Shown here one piece after another: positions 1 to 9,486 of a stretch of 64,000 nucleotides of DNA. The translations under genes and the position numbers were made by a program. The stretch's first letter is position 1; each line of letters opens with the position of its first letter. The DNA comes from an uncultured Lentimicrobiaceae bacterium (GTDB lineage: Bacteria > Bacteroidota > Bacteroidia > Bacteroidales > F082), in contig CAZQFH010000006.1 in assembly GCA_964592595.1 (NCBI GenBank), positions 3,919-67,918 of the forward strand, written 5' to 3'. The notes under the pieces are model-generated. The model did not search any database. It had not been told where the DNA came from and saw nothing but the letters and a program-made list of their open reading frames with translations.

Positions 1-1209
1 GAATTTGTTTGCGATTGCAGCGATCTGGATGATATGATCGTATTTCGCGAAAATGGTTTATTCCTCGTTACTAAGGTAAATAGCAAAGCTTTCGTGGGCG
101 AGCATATTATTCATATTGATATCTTTAGAAAAAACGACGATCGTACAATTTATAATATGGTTTACCGCGACGGACATAAAGGCCCGTGGCTGGTTAAACG
201 ATTTGCTGTTTTGGGCGTTACCAGAGATAAAGAATACGATTTAACTGCTGGAAAACCGGATTCGAAGGTTTATTATTTTTCGGCTAATCCCAACGGAGAA
301 GCTGAAACTATCAAGGTTTTATTACGCCCTAAACCTAAGTTGAAGAAAACATCATTTGAGTTTAGTTTTGCTGATTTGGCTATCAAAAACAGAAATGCAA
401 AAGGAAATATTCTATCTAAACATGCTGTAAAACAAATCAATAAACGTGATGGTGGTATATCAACTCTTGGGGCAAGAGATATTTGGTATGATGAAATTGT
501 AAAGCGTTTAAATACCGAAGAACGTGGGCAATATGTCGGGGCTTTTCAAGCTGACGATAAGCTTTTGCATGTTTTTGCCAGTGGTGAGTATAAGCTGAGT
601 GGCTACGATTTGAGTACGCATTTTGATGAAGACCTGATGCTGTTGCAAAAATTTGATCCAGAGGCTGTGTTTTCGGTAATTTACCTCGAAGGTGAAACAC
701 AGTTGTTTTACCTGAAGCGTTTTCAAATAGATGAAGATACAGCTCTTAACAAACGTATTAATTTCATTGGCGAACACCCTCATGCAGTCTTAAAACATTG
801 GCTTACAGATGTGTATCCTATGCTCTCGCTTGATTTTGAAACAAATACTAAAGGCCAGAAACCAGAGGATGAACAAGTAAATGTAGCAGAGTTTATCGCT
901 GTAAAAAGTGTAAAAGCTAAAGGTAAGCGGCTGTCAAATAAGGAAATACAAAAGATTCAGTTATTAGCACCCATGAATCCCAAACCAGAAGAAGAACAGC
1001 AATCTTCTGATGATTCCACACCGGATGAGCCTGATTCCGAACCATTTACTTTGGATTTGATTGAAAATGATGATCAAACTTTGACAGATGAATCAGATCT
1101 TGAAGACAAAAGTGATGAACAAATAGCCCCCGAGAAGAATGACGATGCTAAAACGGATGCTAAAAGCAAAAAAAATGAACCGCCTTCACAAATGGAGCTC
1201 GAGTTTTGA
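1..1209 (+). CDS. DNA topoisomerase IV / gyrase subunit A family, C-terminal repeat domain plus acidic tail (5' end lies outside window)
   Basis: Frame 1 is open from base 1 (EFVCDCSDLDDMIVFRENG...). Repeated blade-like segments (VKRFAVLGVTRDKEYDL, YLKRFQIDEDT) resemble ParC/GyrA C-terminal domains. Long D/E/S-rich tail; stop TGA at 1207-1209. Confidence 0.55.
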   Translation, partial: EFVCDCSDLDDMIVFRENGLFLVTKVNSKAFVGEHIIHIDIFRKNDDRTIYNMVYRDGHKGPWLVKRFAVLGVTRDKEYDLTAGKPDSKVYYFSANPNGEAETIKVLLRPKPKLKKTSFEFSFADLAIKNRNAKGNILSKHAVKQINKRDGGISTLGARDIWYDEIVKRLNTEERGQYVGAFQADDKLLHVFASGEYKLSGYDLSTHFDEDLMLLQKFDPEAVFSVIYLEGETQLFYLKRFQIDEDTALNKRINFIGEHPHAVLKHWLTDVYPMLSLDFETNTKGQKPEDEQVNVAEFIAVKSVKAKGKRLSNKEIQKIQLLAPMNPKPEEEQQSSDDSTPDEPDSEPFTLDLIENDDQTLTDESDLEDKSDEQIAPEKNDDAKTDAKSKKNEPPSQMELEF

Positions 1210-1303
1210 TGAAGCGTGTTTTTGAGCTTTTATAATTGTAAAGACTATGTCGTAAACACTTTTTTACGCGGCTATTTAGATTGATTCCATGCCGCTAAAC
1301 GGA

Positions 1304-1311
1304 TAATTTTG
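1304..1311 (+). promoter_or_regulatory. Bacteroidota-type -7 promoter box (TAnnTTTG)
   Basis: TAATTTTG lies 24 nt upstream of ATG 1335. Confidence 0.4.
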
Positions 1312-1334
1312 CACGAAATATTGCTATTTAAAAT

Positions 1335-2558
1335 ATGCTTATCATGATAAAAGAACCGCAGATTCTGGATGTTAATCAAGATGTAAAATGGATTGGCGTG
1401 CTCGATCACGATATTGTAACTTTTGATGTGGTGATGGAGACCAAATACGGAACAACGTACAATTCTTATTTCATCGATGCAGATAAAAAAGCCGTGGTAG
1501 AAACGGTTAAAGAAAAGTTTTGGCCGGAATATGAAGCAAAACTTCGCGCTTTGACTGATCCTTCAGAGATTCAATTCATCATCATGAATCATACCGAACC
1601 CGATCATTCGGGATGCGTGGGCAAGTTGTTGGAAATTGCACCTGATGCTGTGGTTGTGGCCACTGGAACGGCGATTCGTTATTTACAGGATTTGGTTGCA
1701 GTGCCTTTTAAAAGTTTACAGGTAAAGGATGGTATGGAACTCGATCTTGGTAATAAAACGATGAAATTTATCGGAGCTTCAAATTTGCATTGGCCTGATA
1801 GCATGTATAGTTACCTAACAGAGGATCAGATTTTGTTTACTTGCGATTCATTTGGCGCTCACTATGCTGACGTTCGTATGTACGATGATGAAGTGGGCAA
1901 CTGGGATGATGCCTTCAAGTATTATTTTGATGTCATCCTGAAGCCTTTTAGTAAGTTTATGCTCAAAGCAATAGAAAAGATCAGACCGCTGCCAATCACT
2001 ACAATTTGCACTGGTCATGGCCCTATTTTGCGTTCTAATTGGAAACGCTATGTTGACCTTTCTGAGCGCTATGCCCAGGAAGCATTGGAGTTTCCACAAA
2101 AAAAGCGGGTTTATATTCCTTATGTTTCGGCCTATCATAAAACTGCCCAGATAGCCCAAGCAATTGGCAAAGGAATAGCTGAGGTGGATGGCTTGGAAGC
2201 CGTTGTAATGGATATTGAACATACACCTTTGGGCGATATCGATATGCAAGTTTCAATGGCAAGTGGTTTGATAGTTGGCTGTCCTACCATCAATCAGAAT
2301 ATTTTGTTGCCAATTTACAGGCTATTTGCTGTGGTGAGTCCGTTACGCGACAAAGGTAAACTTGCAGGCGGGTTTGGTTCTTACGGCTGGAGCGGCGAAG
2401 GCATGAAGATCATACGTACCAATCTCGAAAATCTAAAACTCAAATATACCGAAACTGATCTATTTGTGAAATTTAGCCCAAAAGATGACGATTTAAAAAG
2501 AGCTGAACAATATGGCAAACGCTTTGGTGAAATGTTGCTCGAAAAAGTAACAATTTAG
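1335..2558 (+). CDS. flavodiiron protein (FprA / rubredoxin:oxygen oxidoreductase type; metallo-beta-lactamase-like plus flavodoxin-like halves)
   Basis: 407 aa with the di-iron ligand motif HTEPDHSG. The N-terminal half has an MBL-like fold pattern and the C-terminal half is flavodoxin-like (VYIPYVSAYHKTAQIAQAI...GCPTINQN). An alternative ATG is at 1344. Confidence 0.85.
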   Translation: MLIMIKEPQILDVNQDVKWIGVLDHDIVTFDVVMETKYGTTYNSYFIDADKKAVVETVKEKFWPEYEAKLRALTDPSEIQFIIMNHTEPDHSGCVGKLLEIAPDAVVVATGTAIRYLQDLVAVPFKSLQVKDGMELDLGNKTMKFIGASNLHWPDSMYSYLTEDQILFTCDSFGAHYADVRMYDDEVGNWDDAFKYYFDVILKPFSKFMLKAIEKIRPLPITTICTGHGPILRSNWKRYVDLSERYAQEALEFPQKKRVYIPYVSAYHKTAQIAQAIGKGIAEVDGLEAVVMDIEHTPLGDIDMQVSMASGLIVGCPTINQNILLPIYRLFAVVSPLRDKGKLAGGFGSYGWSGEGMKIIRTNLENLKLKYTETDLFVKFSPKDDDLKRAEQYGKRFGEMLLEKVTI

Positions 2559-2621
2559 CTCAAATTTCGTTTACGGTACAACATTTTATTACGATGCACT
2601 GTTTAACAAATAAAAACTAAA

Positions 2622-3458
2622 GTGAAGCGCTGGTATAAAGCACTTTTCGTTTTGGCATTTTTATCCTTGATAGCCTCCTGCAGCCCTCAGCGTAAGCTTG
2701 CCAAAACTTATGTTGAGCAAAGCCCTGATTGGGGGATACTTGTGCTATTTCCGGAACAGGTATTTAAAATAAACGACCGCTACGATCGTAATGAGCGCGG
2801 ACTCTCCCTGCTCTCTGAATCTGATCAACAAGATAGTCTCATAAATCAAACGCTGTTTTTGAAACAGTTGAACGATAGTGTATTGCTTAAAATATTTAAA
2901 CAGGAATACTGGGATGCATTATCGAAGTATGATGTAGCACTATTTGCTGAGGCGGATTTTAATCGTTTTTATGAACGTGATAGCCTGAGCTGGATTGCCA
3001 ATATGGCCCAAATAGAATTGCAGGAGTTTATTACTGATTATGAGGATGAGGATAATTTTTTTGGGATGCGGTATTCCCATACTGTTACTTTAAATGGTGT
3101 TAATCTTGCGGTTTGGCTCGAGCTGAATGCTGTGAATAGGGAAGCAGAACAAAACCAGGTATATTTTACAGATCAAAATATTTATGACTATCACGAAGGT
3201 CAGTTTTTCTATGATTTTGCTACAGGAGGTGTTAATTATTCTTACAATGTGGATACCTTAAAAGTAAATGATCTGATGGAATTTGTGGGTTTTATGGGAC
3301 GATTGTCAGCTGCTTACACCTACGATCAGATTTTGAATAACTTGCTTCAGTCAACAACAGAAACTGAAGCCGATCAAATAATCCATTTTAGGTACGATCC
3401 TTATGTGAAGCGCCTGTTCCAAACTGATTTTGATCGTTTTATAGAACTAAAGGATTAA
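2622..3458 (+). CDS. hypothetical lipoprotein
   Basis: GTG start. Signal peptide with lipobox (FLSLIASC|SPQ). No recognisable catalytic motif. Confidence 0.6.
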   Translation: MKRWYKALFVLAFLSLIASCSPQRKLAKTYVEQSPDWGILVLFPEQVFKINDRYDRNERGLSLLSESDQQDSLINQTLFLKQLNDSVLLKIFKQEYWDALSKYDVALFAEADFNRFYERDSLSWIANMAQIELQEFITDYEDEDNFFGMRYSHTVTLNGVNLAVWLELNAVNREAEQNQVYFTDQNIYDYHEGQFFYDFATGGVNYSYNVDTLKVNDLMEFVGFMGRLSAAYTYDQILNNLLQSTTETEADQIIHFRYDPYVKRLFQTDFDRFIELKD

Positions 3459-3592
3459 AAGCGATTGATAAGCTGGTTCAAGTTCTTTAGCTAAAATGTT
3501 TTTACTTGAACCAAATTTTTTGAATGATTTATAAACCTTAACAGCTTAGGAAAGACTTTTTAAGTCATAGTGCCTTACCAAATTAAATTGTT

Positions 3593-3600
3593 TAATTTTG
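3593..3600 (+). promoter_or_regulatory. Bacteroidota-type -7 promoter box
   Basis: TAATTTTG overlaps the ORF-track TTG start at 3598, which argues for the downstream GTG 3622 as the real start. Confidence 0.4.
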
Positions 3601-3621
3601 TGGTATGCAATAAGCCTAAAA

Positions 3622-5784
3622 GTGAAAATCTTACATAAAATCAAGACTGTTATTATTCTTTTAGGGTTTACTTTCTTAATCCCTGCAAGTGTTCATGCAC
3701 AGCATGATGAACAGCAGGTTTTCATCCAAAAAATCAAAAATGCTCCGGTTGATTCTTTAAAAGATCTAATAAGCAGGGCAGAGACCATCGTTTACCGAAA
3801 TCCAATACAAGGCAAACAACTCATTGATCATTTGATTAACAGGTCTGATGAGTTGGGTGATTTTGGAAATTATGCATATGCCATGGCAGTTAAAGGAATT
3901 TATTATTTTCTTGTCGCCGACAAAGATTCTTGTTTTCTAGCTTTTAGAGCATCCATGAGCCATATGAGTGAGATAAAGGAAAATGAGCTCAAATTTATGA
4001 TCATAAATCTTTTTGCTCGTGTTAATTCTCAGTATCAGCAATATGACACAGCTGCCAGCTATCTTGAAAAAGTCAAGAAACTGGCCGATCTTATAGCTAA
4101 ACCGAAGTTTTATGCCGCCTACTATAATAATATGGGTATTCTGGCAGGTGACTTAGGAAAAATGTATGAGAGTTTCGGTCATTATATGCAAGCTTTGCAG
4201 TATTTTGCTGAAATCGACGACAAAAGAAACATGGCTGTACTCAATAATAACATTGGGCGAATTAATCAAAAGTTAGGTGATCACGAAACGGCAATTGAAT
4301 ATTTTTTAGACGCCATGGCTATAAACAGAATTTATGGCGATGTATATGATTTAGGAATGAATCACGGCAATATTGGCATAAGTTACAAAGCATTGGAAAA
4401 ATATGATAAGGCAATTGAAGCATATACTACCTCTTATTCCATTGCTAAGGAAAATGGATTTAAAATGGAAATGGCAAGGGCACTTTTGAATACTGCTGAT
4501 ATTTATATGTTGATGGGCGATACTTCATCCGCTGAAGAAAATTTCCTTAAATCTCTTGAGATCTGCGAGAAGGAAAACATCAAATACGGACTTATTCTGA
4601 ATAACATTAGCCTTGCTTCACTTTATCTCGAAAATCAATCCATCGATAAATCTTTGGCTTATATCAATGAGGCTGAATTGAATGCAAAGGAGTTTCAGGA
4701 GTTTGAATTGCTGAAAAATGCCTACGAGGTAAAAGTGAAAGTGCTTAAAAATAAATCAGATTATAAAGAAGCTTTGTTTTATCATGAAAGATTCCTGGCT
4801 TTAAAAGATAGCTTGACTGAGCTGGCGAACAGTCAGCAACTGATGGATATAAAGACTAAATATGAGGCAGAGAAAAAATCGTTGGAAAATAAACAATTAC
4901 GCGTTGAAAATGAGAATATTAATCAGATCGTTTATTGGCGCACCTTGTTTTTGGTTGTACTTGCTGTACTACTAATTATTTTAGCGGTTTTTATTTTTAA
5001 TATTCGTAGAAGCCGCAAAAAACTGGAAAAGTTTAATGCTGAACTTCAAGCCCTAAATAGCACAATTACTCAACAAAATGAGGCCCTGCAAACTTCCAAT
5101 GCGGCTAAGGACAAACTTCTTTCAGTTATAGGACACGATTTACGTTCGCCTTTTAATAGCATGTTGGGTTTGTTACAGATGATGACTACCGATTTTGAAA
5201 CATTTGAACCCGAAGAACAAAAAGAAATTTTGCAAACCTTATTCAAGCAAGCTGGCGACACCTACCAGACTGTTGAGAATATTTTGCAATGGGCTTTGAA
5301 TCAGGGGGGTAAAATTAAATGCAAACCATTCAGACTGAATCTTTTGGATTTAGCTTTGCAAGAAATAAATTTTCTTAAAAATCGGGCAGAAGTCAAAGAA
5401 ATAATGCTAAAAAATCACATAGATTCGGATGCTTTTATATTGGCAGATAAAGAATTGATGTTAATCATATTACGTAACCTGATTAATAACGCAATCAAAT
5501 TTAGCAGCGCCGGGCAAGAAATAATTATTAAAAATCGCAAACAGGACAATTGGCAAATTATTGAGATTACAGATCAGGGACTTGGAATGCAGGCACATCA
5601 AGTTAAAGCGATTTTATCAGGACAACATCTGGAATCGACTAAAGGAACAAGCAATGAAGGCGGCACTGGCCTTGGTTTGCAACTGGTAAAAGAATTTATC
5701 CGCATGCAAAAAGGAATTTTTGAAGTGGAAAGTGAACCCGAGAAAGGAAGTACATTCAGGGTTTGGATGATGGCAGCCGAATAA
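3622..5784 (+). CDS. TPR-repeat sensor histidine kinase (no receiver domain, no adjacent response regulator)
   Basis: Signal peptide (KILHKIKTVIILLGFTFLIPASVHAQ), about 350 aa of TPR-like repeats, a coiled coil, a TM helix (LFLVVLAVLLIILAVFIF), the H-box SVIGHDLRSPFN, an N-box (LRNLINNAIKF) and G-boxes (DQGLGM, GTGLGL). Confidence 0.85.
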   Translation: MKILHKIKTVIILLGFTFLIPASVHAQHDEQQVFIQKIKNAPVDSLKDLISRAETIVYRNPIQGKQLIDHLINRSDELGDFGNYAYAMAVKGIYYFLVADKDSCFLAFRASMSHMSEIKENELKFMIINLFARVNSQYQQYDTAASYLEKVKKLADLIAKPKFYAAYYNNMGILAGDLGKMYESFGHYMQALQYFAEIDDKRNMAVLNNNIGRINQKLGDHETAIEYFLDAMAINRIYGDVYDLGMNHGNIGISYKALEKYDKAIEAYTTSYSIAKENGFKMEMARALLNTADIYMLMGDTSSAEENFLKSLEICEKENIKYGLILNNISLASLYLENQSIDKSLAYINEAELNAKEFQEFELLKNAYEVKVKVLKNKSDYKEALFYHERFLALKDSLTELANSQQLMDIKTKYEAEKKSLENKQLRVENENINQIVYWRTLFLVVLAVLLIILAVFIFNIRRSRKKLEKFNAELQALNSTITQQNEALQTSNAAKDKLLSVIGHDLRSPFNSMLGLLQMMTTDFETFEPEEQKEILQTLFKQAGDTYQTVENILQWALNQGGKIKCKPFRLNLLDLALQEINFLKNRAEVKEIMLKNHIDSDAFILADKELMLIILRNLINNAIKFSSAGQEIIIKNRKQDNWQIIEITDQGLGMQAHQVKAILSGQHLESTKGTSNEGGTGLGLQLVKEFIRMQKGIFEVESEPEKGSTFRVWMMAAE

Positions 5785-5805
5785 TTATTCAGTAGCAAGT
5801 GAAGC

Positions 5806-6921
5806 CTATTGAATTTGTTTAGACATACTTCTCATAAGCTCAACCCAATCAACATCATCAGCAGATTTACCAAGCCTTACGATAACCAGTTCATTTTCTG
5901 GATCAACATATAAGTATTGTCCTAAAACACCTTTGGCAAAAAATGAACCATCCGGCAAACTCCTCCAGTGCAGGGTATAGGGATATCCACCCGAATCGCG
6001 TGAGTCGTTGGTGATTTCCAAACTTTGTTTGATCCATGCTTCGGGAACAACTGCACTATCCTGCCATTTGCCGCCATCCTTATAAAGCAACCCAAAACGG
6101 GCCAAATCTGCAGCTCTTAGGTTTAGGCAACAAAAAGCCTTGATAGTTTGATGTTTCTTGCTGTCGATACTCCAGCTGGCTTCGTATTCCATTCCGGCTT
6201 TCTTCCATATCCACTCCTGCAGCAGACTGGCCAGGTTTTGACCGGTAGCATGTTCTAAGGCCATACCAAGCAAAAGGGTGTTTACACTTTGGTATTCGTA
6301 ACGTGATCCGGGTTTTTCAGCTAATTTAAGTTTAGTCACATAGTTACGCAAGTTCCTCCCATAATAATACTTGGCCATATCGGCAAAGGGCGAAGTGTAT
6401 TTTTCGTCATAATCCAAACCTGATCGCATTTCCAACAGGTCTTTTAAACTTATTGATGATAGTCCTTTGCCTTGCAATTCAGGGATATATTGTGTAACAG
6501 AATCGTTGAGCGATTTAAAATATTTCTTTTCAAGTGCAATCCCAACCAAAGCTGAAACATAAGATTTTGCCACAGAAAAAACGGGTATTATCGCGCTAGC
6601 ATCATAACCGTCAAAATAGGCTTCATAAATCATGCTATCTCCTTGAAGTATGATAAATGCAACAGTTTTGTGTTCTTCCAGAAATTCATTAAATGGAAGT
6701 CCCTGAACTTCACCTAAAGATTTTATATATTGCTCCTGTGCAAGTTTATTTCGTTTAGGCAGCTGTCGGAATGTATTTGTATCACGTTCTATTTCTTGAT
6801 TTGGAAACTTTTTATAGTCCCTAATATCCGCGAAGTTATAATAGAAAAACCGACCTACATGACACGAAGAAAAACTTAAAATTAAGCCAGCGATTATTAT
6901 CAGCCTGTAAAATCTATTCAT
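5806..6921 (-). CDS. serine hydrolase, beta-lactamase / PBP4-like family
   Basis: 371 aa, N-terminal signal/lipobox (LSFSSC), SxxK motif (SVAKSY), class-C-like length and layout. Confidence 0.7.
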   Translation of the reverse strand: MNRFYRLIIIAGLILSFSSCHVGRFFYYNFADIRDYKKFPNQEIERDTNTFRQLPKRNKLAQEQYIKSLGEVQGLPFNEFLEEHKTVAFIILQGDSMIYEAYFDGYDASAIIPVFSVAKSYVSALVGIALEKKYFKSLNDSVTQYIPELQGKGLSSISLKDLLEMRSGLDYDEKYTSPFADMAKYYYGRNLRNYVTKLKLAEKPGSRYEYQSVNTLLLGMALEHATGQNLASLLQEWIWKKAGMEYEASWSIDSKKHQTIKAFCCLNLRAADLARFGLLYKDGGKWQDSAVVPEAWIKQSLEITNDSRDSGGYPYTLHWRSLPDGSFFAKGVLGQYLYVDPENELVIVRLGKSADDVDWVELMRSMSKQIQ

Positions 6922-7009
6922 ATAAGTAAAATTGTTGCCGTAAAATTACAACAAGCTAAAGAATAATTTCAAATTGAGTTTTATCTGACTGTAAACTGAA
7001 GAAGTGGTT

Positions 7010-9238
7010 TTAATCAGCCATGTCCATAAAAGTTTCGCCCAATTCAAGGTTTGTGTAGTCGTCAGTTACCTCAAAATCATATTCCGGATAGCGATAAATG
7101 TGTTGTAATGGCTCAGTTTCACCAATACTATAACCATAAATACTCTGATAATCTTCAACATCCTCGCCAATATTTTCGAGCTGATCGAGGTATTCTTTTA
7201 TTGATTTGGACTCTATAATCACAACCTTGCCCATATCATGTATTATCGGGCTATGGCGGCGGGTATTATCATGGTCGAATTCGAGAATGCGACGGCCATG
7301 ACGACTTAGTCCTATTGTTCTGAACGTCAGGCTTTTTCCGACTCCTGGGAGGTTCAAAACATTACGATCGGTAGCTAAGAAGGGAATATTTGCCTCTTCC
7401 CGAAGCATGTTGATGTTGGCAACTATTTCCTCCGCATTTTGAGCAAGCTCACTAATCACATCCTTATAGTGGTCATCAATACGGCCAAATTCTTTTTCTT
7501 CCAATTGTTCCTGAACGGCACGTTCGTTGGTGGCAAAATTGTGGCTATTTTCTTTATATCCTTTTACAGAGAAAGTGTAATATGTTAGTACACCTATGTC
7601 GTTCAATACTTTACGCAATTTAGCAGTATGACCTCGTCGAGAAGCAGCTGCCGTAAAAACAAGCTGATTGGTAATGATCCAGCCAGCACTTAACAGCATT
7701 TCTATTCCTTTTTTCACCTCAGGAGTAACCTCCATGGCTGTTTCAAAATGTGTTTGAATTACAAACTGTTTGATGCCAACATTGCTGGCTTTTTTCTTAA
7801 AATCTGCCAATATTGCAACCAATTCTTGTGTGATACGTTGGGGCAAGAAGACGGGCAAACGCGCTCCCAGTCGCACTCTTGATATTTCTGCAATTTTTTT
7901 TTCAGCTGGTAAAACCGTGTTACTTTCTTTTTTACGTTTGGCCATTTCATAAACAGCATTCAGAATAAACTGAAGCGACTTATCACTACTCATCAAGGCG
8001 TCTCCACCTGTTATAAGGATATCGCGAAGTTGTGTGTCTTCTTCAAAATAATCCATCAGCTTTTGAAGCTTTTGTGGCCAGGTTTCTTTTGGTTTGAGCT
8101 TATCGAGGTTAAAGTTGAGGTGTCCGCTCTGAAAATCATACATCCTCTGGCAGCTCACACACAGTCCGCCGCAGGCACGTCCCACGGTATCGGGTATCAT
8201 AATGGCAACTTCCGGATAGCGGCGATGAAGGTTATGAACTGTAGGTAAAATCCATCCTGCTGCATTGGGTTTTCCGGGTTCAATAATGTCTTCCTTTTCC
8301 CAGGCAACAATTTGTCCAAACTCCTTGATTAACTGCTTGCTGTAGATCACATAATCGCGAATGGCTAAATCAGAACCAATTGCAAACTCCGGTTCCGAAA
8401 CATTGAGCAGGGATAAATAGTAGGGGTTAACAAAAAATGGAATGCCTGCCTCGCGCGCTTCATTTAAAAGTTCCATAGTTTTGGTGCTCAACGAATTGTT
8501 TAGCATTTCATTAAGCATTTTGGGCGACCTTACAGCAAATTTAAGATGAAAGTTCATATCGTTCCACCAGTTGCAGGCAGCCAGAAATTTCTGTTCGAAC
8601 GTCATTTCGGGCTCAAATTGATACCGCCTGCTGGTCAATTCACCGGCATCCATTTTTTCAATGATAACCTTGATAATTCTGTCACGATTTTGCTTTCGAA
8701 TTTTCTGGATCTTTTCATCTAATCCCGAAGGATGTCTGTCCATCCACTCCTTTAGCTTCGCAATGTTGGGCATTTGTCTGTCATAAGTGCCTTTTATTTG
8801 CCTGAAAAGCATCAATGTATCATTAAAGAAATGATGATTGGCGCCTCCAGTACCATGTTTTGTTGCCAGCCAAAGGTATTTGATAGGATGACTGCCCACA
8901 AGGTCACCTCTCAAATTAAGATCTTCAAAAATTCTTCCGGCATGTTTAATATAATCCATTAGCCGAATGGCACCATAATCTGACCAGCTCAACTGATCGA
9001 AGGCAACACGACCGGTGGTTTTTCCTATGTAATAATCCCACGCATGTGGATTTTTTTCGAAGTAAGGCAATATCCACCTGCGCATAGCCTCCAGGGCTTC
9101 TTCTTTGTCGTGGGCATCTTTAAGAATCGCAGCTACGTCGGGGTTTTCTTTTGAAAATATTTGCAGAATCCTATGCGACTTTAAGTTAATTGCTATTTTA
9201 TCTAGTCGTTTAAATTTTTGTTTGCTTTTGGCATTCAT
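7010..9238 (-). CDS. KamA-family (lysine 2,3-aminomutase-like) radical SAM protein with long N- and C-terminal extensions
   Basis: CxxxCxxC motif (CGGLCVSCQRMY) followed by KamA-like ILITGGDALM. The ORF-track start at 9265 is TTG; the first ATG is 9238 (MNAKSKQ...). Confidence 0.75.
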   Translation of the reverse strand: MNAKSKQKFKRLDKIAINLKSHRILQIFSKENPDVAAILKDAHDKEEALEAMRRWILPYFEKNPHAWDYYIGKTTGRVAFDQLSWSDYGAIRLMDYIKHAGRIFEDLNLRGDLVGSHPIKYLWLATKHGTGGANHHFFNDTLMLFRQIKGTYDRQMPNIAKLKEWMDRHPSGLDEKIQKIRKQNRDRIIKVIIEKMDAGELTSRRYQFEPEMTFEQKFLAACNWWNDMNFHLKFAVRSPKMLNEMLNNSLSTKTMELLNEAREAGIPFFVNPYYLSLLNVSEPEFAIGSDLAIRDYVIYSKQLIKEFGQIVAWEKEDIIEPGKPNAAGWILPTVHNLHRRYPEVAIMIPDTVGRACGGLCVSCQRMYDFQSGHLNFNLDKLKPKETWPQKLQKLMDYFEEDTQLRDILITGGDALMSSDKSLQFILNAVYEMAKRKKESNTVLPAEKKIAEISRVRLGARLPVFLPQRITQELVAILADFKKKASNVGIKQFVIQTHFETAMEVTPEVKKGIEMLLSAGWIITNQLVFTAAASRRGHTAKLRKVLNDIGVLTYYTFSVKGYKENSHNFATNERAVQEQLEEKEFGRIDDHYKDVISELAQNAEEIVANINMLREEANIPFLATDRNVLNLPGVGKSLTFRTIGLSRHGRRILEFDHDNTRRHSPIIHDMGKVVIIESKSIKEYLDQLENIGEDVEDYQSIYGYSIGETEPLQHIYRYPEYDFEVTDDYTNLELGETFMDMAD

Positions 9239-9437
9239 CCTAATCAGTTTTGTGGGTTCATGCAATTGCTGTATTATTTAATTTAAAGTTAATGTTCAGA
9301 ACGTTAAGCCATTTTCGATATAGCCACAGCAAAAATACAAAAAAACAGCCAAAATTCCTCTAGCACAAAATCAGCCAAAAACTCCTGTCAAAGTATTAAG
9401 CGCCTTTAGAATTGTTCTAAACAAGGCAAATTATGCC

Positions 9438-9445
9438 TACCTTTG
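9438..9445 (+). promoter_or_regulatory. Bacteroidota-type -7 promoter box
   Basis: TACCTTTG lies 42 nt upstream of ATG 9487. Confidence 0.4.
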
Positions 9446-9486
9446 CAACTCGAATTTAGTCTAAAAAAATATAAATATTTTATTCT

